Assembly (NCBI GenBank): GCA_964600685.1
Contig: CAZRKU010000003.1
Location: forward strand, 196 to 64,195
DNA from: an uncultured Frigidibacter sp.
GTDB lineage: Bacteria > Pseudomonadota > Alphaproteobacteria > Rhodobacterales > Rhodobacteraceae
Direction of reading: 5' to 3'
DNA length: 64,000 nucleotides
This document shows, piece by piece, positions 41,117 to 49,147 of the stretch. A program made the position numbers and the translations under genes. The notes under the pieces were generated by a model. That model was not told the origin of the DNA. It ran no database searches and worked only from the letters and a program-made list of their open reading frames with translations. Position 1 is the stretch's first letter, and the number at the start of each line of letters is the position of its first letter.

Positions 41117-41916
41117 TGTCTGTTCTGATCGTCATACCCGCCCGCTATGCCTCCAGCCGTTATCCTGGAAAACCGCTGGTCGAGCTGAAAGGCGCCGATG
41201 GTCAGACGCGCAGCCTGATCCGCCGCAGCTGGGACGCCGCGATGCAGGTGCGGGGGGTCGACCGCGTGGTGGTGGCCACCGACGATGACCGCATCCGCAC
41301 CCATGCCGAGGGGTTCGGGGCCGAAGTTGTCATGACGTCGGAAGCCTGCCAGAACGGCACGGAGCGCTGCGCCGAGACGCAGGCGGTTCTAGGCTGGCGT
41401 CACGACATTGTGGTGAACCTGCAAGGCGATGCGCCGCTGACGCCCGCCTGGTTCGTCGAAGACCTGATCGCGGGGCTGAAAACCGACGTGGCGGCCGAAG
41501 TCGCAACCCCGGTGCTGCGCTGCGATGGCCGCGCGCTGAACGGTTTTCTGGAGGACCGCCGCAACGGGCGCGTGGGCGGCACGACCGCGGTTTTTGGCCA
41601 CGACAGGAGGGCGCTCTATTTTTCGAAGGAAGTCATTCCCTTCACTTCGAAAAGCTATGCCGACGACGAGGAGACGCCGGTCTTTCATCATGTCGGCGTC
41701 TATGCCTATCGCCCCGCCGCGCTGAGGGATTATGCGGGCTGGGGCATGGGCACGCTTGAGGGGTTGGAGGGGCTGGAACAGCTGCGTTTCATGGAGCGTG
41801 GACGGCCGGTCCTCTGTGTGGAGGTGGTGGCGAAGGGCCGCCAGTTCTGGGAGTTGAACAACCCCTCCGACGTGGCGCGGATCGAGGCGATGATGGCGGA
41901 GATGGGCATGGCATGA
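41116..41916 (+). CDS. kdsB: 3-deoxy-manno-octulosonate cytidylyltransferase (CMP-Kdo synthetase)
   Basis: VSVLIVIPARYASSRYPGKPL...NLQGDAPL. The GTG start shares 1 nt with the cysQ TAG stop. The track ORF begins earlier, at 40966 inside cysQ. Confidence 0.85.
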   Translation: MSVLIVIPARYASSRYPGKPLVELKGADGQTRSLIRRSWDAAMQVRGVDRVVVATDDDRIRTHAEGFGAEVVMTSEACQNGTERCAETQAVLGWRHDIVVNLQGDAPLTPAWFVEDLIAGLKTDVAAEVATPVLRCDGRALNGFLEDRRNGRVGGTTAVFGHDRRALYFSKEVIPFTSKSYADDEETPVFHHVGVYAYRPAALRDYAGWGMGTLEGLEGLEQLRFMERGRPVLCVEVVAKGRQFWELNNPSDVARIEAMMAEMGMA

Positions 41917-43130
41917 GCCGGCCTGCGGGACCGTCGGTCAGCCTGATCATCGTCTCGCGCAAGCGGCCAGCGCTTCTGGCGCGCTGCCTGATGGCGGTGG
42001 CGCAGATGGACCATCCGGCGTTCGAGGTGATCGTGGTCGCCGACCCCGCCGGTCTCGCCGCCATAGCCGGTCAGCCGGTGAAGGCCATTCACTTTGACGA
42101 GGCCAACATTTCGCGGGCGCGCAATCTGGGAATTGCCGCGGCGGCGGGCGAAGTGGTGGCATTCATCGACGACGACGCGGTGCCCGAGCCACTGTGGCTT
42201 TGGCACCTCACGCGGCCCTTCCTCGACCACGCGGTTCTGGGCGCAGGCGGGTTCGTGCTGGGCTGGAACGGCATTTCCCTTGAATGGGCAGGCGGCACGA
42301 TCAGCGGATCGCTGGAAAGCGGGCCGCTTGACGGCACAGGTTTTTCGCTTCAGCCCAACCGCCCCGGCCATGCCGTCGAGGTGAAAGGCGTGAACTGCGC
42401 CTACCGTCGCGGCGTGTTGCTTGCAGCCGGCGGATTCGACCCCAATCTGCGCTATTATCTGGACGAGACCGAACTGAACCTGCGGCTTGCGGCCCTGGGC
42501 GGGCTGACGGCGGTGGTGCCCCACGCGCGCGTGCATCACATGAAGGCCGAAAGTACTCAGCGCCGCGCCGACCGGGTGCCGAAAAGCCTGCGTGATATCG
42601 GTTTCAGCACGGCATTTACCCTGGCCCGTCACGCGGCGCCCGATCAGGTCGCGTCGGCCAGGGTCCGCCTGCGACAGGTGGAAGAGGAAAAGCTGCACCG
42701 CTTCGTGAAGGCGCGGCGCATCGGTGCCGCCGAGGCCGCGCGGCTGCTTCTCGGGTTTGATCAGGGCTATGCCGCCGGACTTCGTGTGCATCCAGTGCCA
42801 CCTGAACCGCTGCAAAGCCAGGGTGAGCGTTTCCTGCCCTTCCCCTCCGGACCGAGATCGCTGACAACGCTGGCCGGGCGCCCCTGGCAGATGCGGAAAC
42901 TGCGACGGCAGGGGGAGGAGTCGCGGGGTGAAGGCCATATCGTGCGGCTCTTCGTCTTTTCACCCACGGCGCTCTTCCATCACCGGCGATTCGCGGACGG
43001 GCTGTGGATTCAGCGGGGTGGATTGTTCGGAAAATCGGACCGGACCGACCCTTTGGTCCGCTTCTGGCGTTTCGGCCGCAGATTGTCGCGAGAATCGGCC
43101 CGTTTCCTGTCAGGCTTCCGGAAAACCTGA
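41913..43130 (+). CDS. Family 2 glycosyltransferase with a roughly 170-aa uncharacterised C-terminal extension
   Basis: VSLIIVSRKRPALLARCL...VIVVAD...ARNLGIAAAAGEVVAFIDDDAVP contains the GT-A DxD motif. ATGA overlap with kdsB. Confidence 0.8.
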   Translation: MSRPAGPSVSLIIVSRKRPALLARCLMAVAQMDHPAFEVIVVADPAGLAAIAGQPVKAIHFDEANISRARNLGIAAAAGEVVAFIDDDAVPEPLWLWHLTRPFLDHAVLGAGGFVLGWNGISLEWAGGTISGSLESGPLDGTGFSLQPNRPGHAVEVKGVNCAYRRGVLLAAGGFDPNLRYYLDETELNLRLAALGGLTAVVPHARVHHMKAESTQRRADRVPKSLRDIGFSTAFTLARHAAPDQVASARVRLRQVEEEKLHRFVKARRIGAAEAARLLLGFDQGYAAGLRVHPVPPEPLQSQGERFLPFPSGPRSLTTLAGRPWQMRKLRRQGEESRGEGHIVRLFVFSPTALFHHRRFADGLWIQRGGLFGKSDRTDPLVRFWRFGRRLSRESARFLSGFRKT

Positions 43131-43303
43131 CTCCACGGTTTCTGTTTTTTCAACTAATGTGGTTTCACTGGCGTATTCTGACGCAAAATTCCCCGTATTG
43201 CGGCAGTAATTTGCCGTAGCATTGTCCAAATCTTGTCTGAGGTTTATTGCAGACGTAGAAGCCGCCTACCGTCCCGACCGGAACAATTGATCTAAGGTGC
43301 AAA

Positions 43304-44197
43304 ATGAAACGCAAGGTCACGAAAGCGATCTTTCCTGTGGCGGGCCTCGGCACACGCTTCCTGCCCGCGACGAAGTCGATCCCGAAAGAGATCATGACGC
43401 TGGTTGACCGACCCCTGATCCAGTATGCGATCGACGAGGCGCGGGCCGCCGGAATCGAAGAGTTCATTTTCGTGACCTCGCGCGGCAAAGGCGCACTCGA
43501 AGACTATTTCGACCATGCCCACGAGCTTGAGGCGAACCTGACCCGTGCGGGCAAGACCGATCTTCTGGATATCCTCAAGGCCACCAACATGGATTCGGGT
43601 GCCATCGCCTATGTGCGCCAGCACAAGGCGCTGGGGCTTGGCCATGCCGTCTGGTGCGCAAGCCGTCTGATCGGGGACGAGCCTTTCGCCGTGCTTCTGC
43701 CCGACGACGTGATCGCGGCAGAAAAACCCTGCCTTCAACAGATGGTCGAGGCTTATGCCGAAACCGGCGGCAACATGGTTGCGGCAATGGAGGTGCCCGC
43801 CGACAAGGCCTCGTCCTACGGCGTTCTGGACATCCGCGAGGACATGGGGTCGCTCGTGTCGGTCAAGGGCATGGTCGAAAAGCCCAGGGCCGACGAAGCG
43901 CCGTCGAACCTTGCGGTGATCGGCCGCTACATCCTGTCACCCCAGGTTCTGACGCACCTCGAAGCCAAGCAGAAGGGCGCGGGCGGAGAGATCCAGCTGA
44001 CCGATGCCATTGCCCGCGAAATCGCCAAGTCAGACAATGTCTATGGCTACCGTTTCCGCGGCCAGCGCTTTGATTGCGGATCGAAGGCCGGCTATCTGCA
44101 GGCAACCGTGGCCTTCGGCCTGGCACGGGCCGAGTTGCGCGAAGAATTCCAGCAGTTCCTGGTCGAAATGACCGCGATGCGGAAGGCCGCCGAGTAA
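43304..44197 (+). CDS. galU: UTP--glucose-1-phosphate uridylyltransferase
   Basis: KAIFPVAGLGTRFLPATKSIPKEI, VLLPDD and the VEKP motif. Confidence 0.92.
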   Translation: MKRKVTKAIFPVAGLGTRFLPATKSIPKEIMTLVDRPLIQYAIDEARAAGIEEFIFVTSRGKGALEDYFDHAHELEANLTRAGKTDLLDILKATNMDSGAIAYVRQHKALGLGHAVWCASRLIGDEPFAVLLPDDVIAAEKPCLQQMVEAYAETGGNMVAAMEVPADKASSYGVLDIREDMGSLVSVKGMVEKPRADEAPSNLAVIGRYILSPQVLTHLEAKQKGAGGEIQLTDAIAREIAKSDNVYGYRFRGQRFDCGSKAGYLQATVAFGLARAELREEFQQFLVEMTAMRKAAE

Positions 44198-44204
44198 GGC
44201 CCGG

Positions 44205-45191
44205 ATGACGCAGACAATCCTTGTTACCGGGGGGGCCGGCTACATCGGCTCTCACGCGTGCAAGGCGCTGCGCGCGGCGGGTTATGATCCTGTGACCTAT
44301 GACAGCCTGACAACCGGATGGCAGGATGCCGTCCGGTTCGGGCCGTTCGAACACGGCGATCTGGCCGACCGCGCGCGGCTGGATGAGGTTTTCGCGCGCT
44401 GGAAACCGGTCGCGGTGATGCATTTCGCCGCCCTGTCGCTGGTCGGCGAAGCGATGCGCGATCCGGGCACCTACTGGCGGGCGAATGTGCTCTCGTCGCT
44501 CAATCTGATCGAGGCGGCGGTGGCGGCCGGATGCCTCGATTTCGTCTTTTCTTCCACCTGCGCGACCTATGGCGATCAGGATGGCGTGGTACTGAACGAA
44601 GACACACCGCAAAACCCGATCAACGCCTATGGCAAATCGAAGCTCGCCATCGAACAGATGCTGGGCGATTTCGCCAGTTCGCACGGGCTGCGCCCGGTGA
44701 TCTTCCGCTATTTCAACGTGGCGGGGGCGGACCCCGAAGGCGAGGTTGGCGAACATCACCGCCCGGAAACCCATCTCATTCCGCTGATGCTCGATGCGGT
44801 GGCGGGCACGCGTCCGGCATTGACCGTCTTCGGCACCGACTACCCCACGACCGACGGCACCTGTGTGCGCGACTATGTGCATGTGATGGATCTGGTCGAG
44901 GCGCATGTGTTGGGGTTGGAATGGCTGGAGGCGGGCAAAGGTCCGCGCACCTTCTGCCTGGGCACCGGCGGCGGCTTTTCGGTGCGCGAGGTGATCGAGC
45001 AATCACGGCGGGTCACCAACCGCGATGTGCCGGTGATCTATGGCGACCGACGCGCGGGCGATGCGGTGAAGCTGGTCTGCGGGTCCGACCGGGCGATGCG
45101 CGAACTGGGCTGGCGGCCCACACGGTCGACCATGGGCGACATGATCGCCGACGCCTGGCGCTGGCATCAGTCCGGCCACTATGAGCGCTGA
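44205..45191 (+). CDS. galE: UDP-glucose 4-epimerase
   Basis: ILVTGGAGYIGSH, a YGKSK catalytic motif, 328 aa. Confidence 0.92.
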   Translation: MTQTILVTGGAGYIGSHACKALRAAGYDPVTYDSLTTGWQDAVRFGPFEHGDLADRARLDEVFARWKPVAVMHFAALSLVGEAMRDPGTYWRANVLSSLNLIEAAVAAGCLDFVFSSTCATYGDQDGVVLNEDTPQNPINAYGKSKLAIEQMLGDFASSHGLRPVIFRYFNVAGADPEGEVGEHHRPETHLIPLMLDAVAGTRPALTVFGTDYPTTDGTCVRDYVHVMDLVEAHVLGLEWLEAGKGPRTFCLGTGGGFSVREVIEQSRRVTNRDVPVIYGDRRAGDAVKLVCGSDRAMRELGWRPTRSTMGDMIADAWRWHQSGHYER

Positions 45192-46392
45192 GGCGCATCG
45201 GACCTCTTTCCTCGACATCACGCGGCTGGTCGCCCGCGCGGGCGCGGGTCCGCTGACCGGGATCGACCGGGTGGAGCGTGCCTATCTCAGGGCGCTGATC
45301 GAACGCGGGGTGCCGCACTATCTGTGCAGCCGGACCGCACTTGGCTGGCTGATGATCGGCGAGAGTCATTCGGCGCAGGTGCTGGACTGGATCGACCGGC
45401 CCGAAACTCTGCCCGCCCCGGCGCTGGCCGCGCGGCTGGTCGCCCGCCCCCGCCGCGCCCCGGCGCTGGAGGCAGCCCTGCGCGGCATCGCCGCCGCCCG
45501 CATCCGGCCCGGCGCACTGGGGGGGTGGCTTCGCACCGCGGGAGCGGACGGCGGACGGTGGCTTTCGGTCGGGCATATGAACCTGAACGACCCTGTCATG
45601 GCCGCGGCGCACGGCGCGGGTCTGGGCATCGCGGTGATGATCCATGACATGATCCCGCTCGATCATCCCGACTGGTCGGGCAAGGGCGCCCCCGCCCGGC
45701 TGGCGGCGGCGATTGCCGCGACGGCGCGTCATGCCGACCTGATCCTGACACCGTCGCAGAGTGCGGCGAACGACCTTCGGCGCCATCTGGGGGGAGGCGC
45801 TGCACATTTGCTGGCGGCGCCCTTGGGCGTGGAGGCGCAGGACGCCGACGCCTCGCTTCTTCCGGCGGCATTCGATCCGCTGCAGGCGCATTTCGCGGCG
45901 ATCGGAACCCTGGAGCCGCGCAAGAACTTCGGGCTTCTCCTCGACGTCTGGGACGGTTTTCTGCGGGATTGCCCCTCCGCGACCCTGCCGCATCTGCATC
46001 TGATCGGCCGGACCGGCTGGGGATGCGCCGATCTTCTGGCGCGTCTCAAGACGTTCGCCGACCAGTCAGCGCCGGTCTTCCATCATTCCGCTCTGCCCGA
46101 CGCCGGTGTTGCCGCGATGCTGGATCGTGCATGCGCGCTTCTGGCCCCCAGCCGTGCCGAGGGGTTCGGCCTGCCCCCGGCCGAAGCCGCCCGTCGCGGT
46201 CTGCCGGTTCTGGCGACCGACCTGGCGGTGACGCACGAGATACTGGGTGATTACCCCGACTATCTTGGTGCGGATGACCGGCGGGGCTGGTCTGCGGCCA
46301 TCCTCGCCCGCGCGACAGGTCCGCTGAAAAAGCCGGCCTTGTCGCTGCCGGACTGGACAGCCCATTTCAACTTGGTTTTTAATCATTTCTGA
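45181..46392 (+). CDS. GT-B (family 4/group 1) glycosyltransferase
   Basis: C-terminal half has SRAEGFGLPPAEAARRGLPVLATD (EX7E-like). 11-nt overlap with galE. Confidence 0.75.
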   Translation: MSAEAHRTSFLDITRLVARAGAGPLTGIDRVERAYLRALIERGVPHYLCSRTALGWLMIGESHSAQVLDWIDRPETLPAPALAARLVARPRRAPALEAALRGIAAARIRPGALGGWLRTAGADGGRWLSVGHMNLNDPVMAAAHGAGLGIAVMIHDMIPLDHPDWSGKGAPARLAAAIAATARHADLILTPSQSAANDLRRHLGGGAAHLLAAPLGVEAQDADASLLPAAFDPLQAHFAAIGTLEPRKNFGLLLDVWDGFLRDCPSATLPHLHLIGRTGWGCADLLARLKTFADQSAPVFHHSALPDAGVAAMLDRACALLAPSRAEGFGLPPAEAARRGLPVLATDLAVTHEILGDYPDYLGADDRRGWSAAILARATGPLKKPALSLPDWTAHFNLVFNHF

Positions 46393-46433
46393 TAGCCGGT
46401 GCAGAGCCATCAGAACAAGAACCGGGGATTTTC

Positions 46434-47444
46434 GTGAACCTTCTGGAAAGATACCGTCTGCGCCTGCGCCGGAGGCGCCTGCGTCTGCGGGCTTTCCTGA
46501 AGCGGCGGGAACTGAAGCCGGTCGCGGACCGCACAGGCGCGATTGGCCCGGCGGCGGTCCTTCTGTGTGCGACGGTGCGGAACGAACGGATCAGGCTGCC
46601 CTATTTCCTGGCCTATTACCGCAAGCTGGGCATCACGCATTTCCTCATCGTCGACAACGGGTCCGACGACGGATCAGGCGACTTTCTGGCGGAGCAGCCC
46701 GATGTCTCGCTGTGGCGCAGCCTGAACAGCTATCAGTCGGCCCGCTTTGGCACGGACTGGATGAACTGGCTCCTGATGCGCCACGGGCGCGGCCACTGGG
46801 TGCTGACCGTCGATGTCGATGAGTTCTTCATCTATCCCTACTGCGACACACGGCCGATCCGCGCCCTGACCGACTGGCTGGACGGGTATGGTGTCCGCTC
46901 GTTTGCGGCGATGATGCTGGACATGTATCCCAAGGGGCCAGTGGGCGCGCAGCCCTATCGCGAAGGCCAGAACCCGATGGAGATTGCCTGCCATTTCGAC
47001 TCTGGCAACTACATGATCTCGCGCAACCGAACCTATGGCAATCTGTGGATTCAGGGCGGGCCGCGGGCGCGGGCCTTCTTCGCCGACCAGCCGGAAGATG
47101 CACCCGCGCTGAACAAGATCCCGCTGGTGAAATGGCAGCGTGGTTATGCTTACGTGAACTCCACCCACATGCTTTTGCCGCGCAGTCTGAACCAGGTCTT
47201 TGACAGCGACGGGGGAGAGATGATCTCCGGTTGTCTTCTGCATGCGAAGTTCCTGTCGACCTTCCCGGCCAAAGTGTCGGAGGAACTGACGCGCGGCGAA
47301 CATTTCGCTGGAAGCCGGGAATATCGCGCCTATGCCGCCGAAAACCCTGGCCAGACCGATTTTTGGTGCAAGACGAGCGAGAAATACATCAACTGGCGGC
47401 AGCTCGAGATTTTGGGGCTGATGTCGAAAGGCAGCTGGGCATGA
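46434..47444 (+). CDS. GT-A type glycosyltransferase (family 2-like, Glyco_tranf_2_4-like)
   Basis: VLLCATVRNERIRLPYFLAYYRKLGITHFLIVDNGSDDGS...TVDVDEF (DxD-like). 336 aa. Confidence 0.65.
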   Translation: MNLLERYRLRLRRRRLRLRAFLKRRELKPVADRTGAIGPAAVLLCATVRNERIRLPYFLAYYRKLGITHFLIVDNGSDDGSGDFLAEQPDVSLWRSLNSYQSARFGTDWMNWLLMRHGRGHWVLTVDVDEFFIYPYCDTRPIRALTDWLDGYGVRSFAAMMLDMYPKGPVGAQPYREGQNPMEIACHFDSGNYMISRNRTYGNLWIQGGPRARAFFADQPEDAPALNKIPLVKWQRGYAYVNSTHMLLPRSLNQVFDSDGGEMISGCLLHAKFLSTFPAKVSEELTRGEHFAGSREYRAYAAENPGQTDFWCKTSEKYINWRQLEILGLMSKGSWA

Positions 47445-49147
47445 GCGTCGGGATCGTGCTTCTGTGCCACACGGCGCTCGAGCGGACCGCGCAGGTGGCG
47501 CGGTTCTGGGCGGCGGCCGGATCGCCGGTGGTCATCCATGTCGACGCGCGCAGCCGGGGCGCGCAGGCGCTGGCAGGGGCGTTGCAGGATCTGCCAACGG
47601 TCAGCTTTTCGCAGCGCTTCGCCTGCGAATGGGGCACATTCGGCCTCGTTCAGGCCACGCTCGTGGCTTCGGAACGGTTGCTGGAACGCAACCCGAATCT
47701 GGGACATGTCTATCTCGCTTCCGGGGCCTGCCTGCCGCTCAGGCCGCATCAGGAACTGATCGACTATCTCGCTGCCCGGCCGCAGACCGATTTCATCGAA
47801 AGCGTCACGACCGACGATGTGCCCTGGATCGTGGACGGGCTGGCGGAGGAGCGGTTCACGCTGCGCTTCCCCTTTGCCTGGCGCACGCAGCGGCAGGCGT
47901 TCGATGCCTATGTGCGGCTGCAACGCCGCCTGGGTTTTCGGCGCCATACTCCGACGGGGCTGGTGCCGCATCTGGGGTCGCAATGGTGGTGCCTGACACG
48001 GCGCACGCTTCTGTCGATCGTGAAGGATCCGCGGCGACCGGAATATGACCGCTATTTCCGCCGTGTCTGGATCCCGGACGAAAGCTATTTCCAGAGCCTC
48101 GCGCGGCTTTACGCGACCCGCATCGAAAGCCGGTCACTGACCCTGTCAAAGTTCGATGTGCTGGGCCGTCCGCACACGTTCTATGACGATCATCTGCAAC
48201 TTCTGCGCCGGTCGGATTGTTTTGTGGCGCGCAAGATCTGGCCGCAGGCGGAGCAGCTTTACAAGACCTTCCTTGCGCCCCAGCCCGCGCCGCAGGAGCG
48301 CGCCGAACCGCAACCCGGCAAGATCGACCGGCTTTTCGCCAAGGCCGTCGAACGGCGCATGCATGGGCGGCCCGGCCTTTACATGCAAAGCCGCTTCCCG
48401 GCGCAGGACCGGGAAAATGGCAAGACCTGCGCGCCCTATTCGGTCTTCCACGGCTTTTCCGACCTGTTTGAGACTTTTGACCGCTGGCTGGCCAAGACGA
48501 CCGGCACCCGCGCGCATGGTCATCTCTTCGCGTTGGACCGGGTGGAATTTTCCGGCCGCGACAACACCTTCGACGGGGCACTGCCGGACTGTGCGGCGCT
48601 GCGGGACTATAATCCGCGCGCTTTTCTGACCAATCTGATCTGGAACACGCGCGGCGAACGGCAGTCCTTCCAGTTCAGCCCGCGCGACGGGCAGGCCCTG
48701 AACGGTTTCATCGCTACCGATGCGAATGCGCAGATTTCGGTGATTTCCGGCAGCTGGGCCATCCCGCTTCTGCGGGCGGACCAGCCCTTTGCCGCGATCC
48801 GGGCCGAGGCCGCCCGGCTGCAACGGGTGGAAAGCGCTCATCTGGCGCTGCTGCGCGGGGCGTCGGTCAAGGCGCGGGTGCGCATCTGGACGCTCGCCGA
48901 CTTTCTGGATACCCCGATGGAGCATCTGCAGACCATTCTGGACGAAATCACCCCCCGCTCCCGGCGGGCCATCACCGAAGTCCCGCGCATGGTCGATCTG
49001 GAGGGTTTTGCGCAATTCCTTCAGAATCTGAAAAATCAGGGGATGCAGCCCACGGTGATGGGCGACTTCCCGGTCCGTCACGATCAGCCGCCCAAAGGTC
49101 CGGCGCGCGCAAGGCCCTATCTTGTGAACCAGCGACAGGCGGACTGA
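47441..49147 (+). CDS. GT14 (core-2/I-branching enzyme-like) glycosyltransferase fused to a roughly 280-aa uncharacterised C-terminal domain
   Basis: Starts at MSVGIVLLCHTALERTAQVARFW with an ATGA overlap on the upstream stop. The N-terminal half has ...VIHVD...WGTFGLVQATL...YLASGACLPL...GSQWWCLTR...DESYFQS, typical of the Branch family. The C-terminal half has no family I can name with certainty. The track ORF starts at 47231. Confidence 0.62.
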   Translation: MSVGIVLLCHTALERTAQVARFWAAAGSPVVIHVDARSRGAQALAGALQDLPTVSFSQRFACEWGTFGLVQATLVASERLLERNPNLGHVYLASGACLPLRPHQELIDYLAARPQTDFIESVTTDDVPWIVDGLAEERFTLRFPFAWRTQRQAFDAYVRLQRRLGFRRHTPTGLVPHLGSQWWCLTRRTLLSIVKDPRRPEYDRYFRRVWIPDESYFQSLARLYATRIESRSLTLSKFDVLGRPHTFYDDHLQLLRRSDCFVARKIWPQAEQLYKTFLAPQPAPQERAEPQPGKIDRLFAKAVERRMHGRPGLYMQSRFPAQDRENGKTCAPYSVFHGFSDLFETFDRWLAKTTGTRAHGHLFALDRVEFSGRDNTFDGALPDCAALRDYNPRAFLTNLIWNTRGERQSFQFSPRDGQALNGFIATDANAQISVISGSWAIPLLRADQPFAAIRAEAARLQRVESAHLALLRGASVKARVRIWTLADFLDTPMEHLQTILDEITPRSRRAITEVPRMVDLEGFAQFLQNLKNQGMQPTVMGDFPVRHDQPPKGPARARPYLVNQRQAD

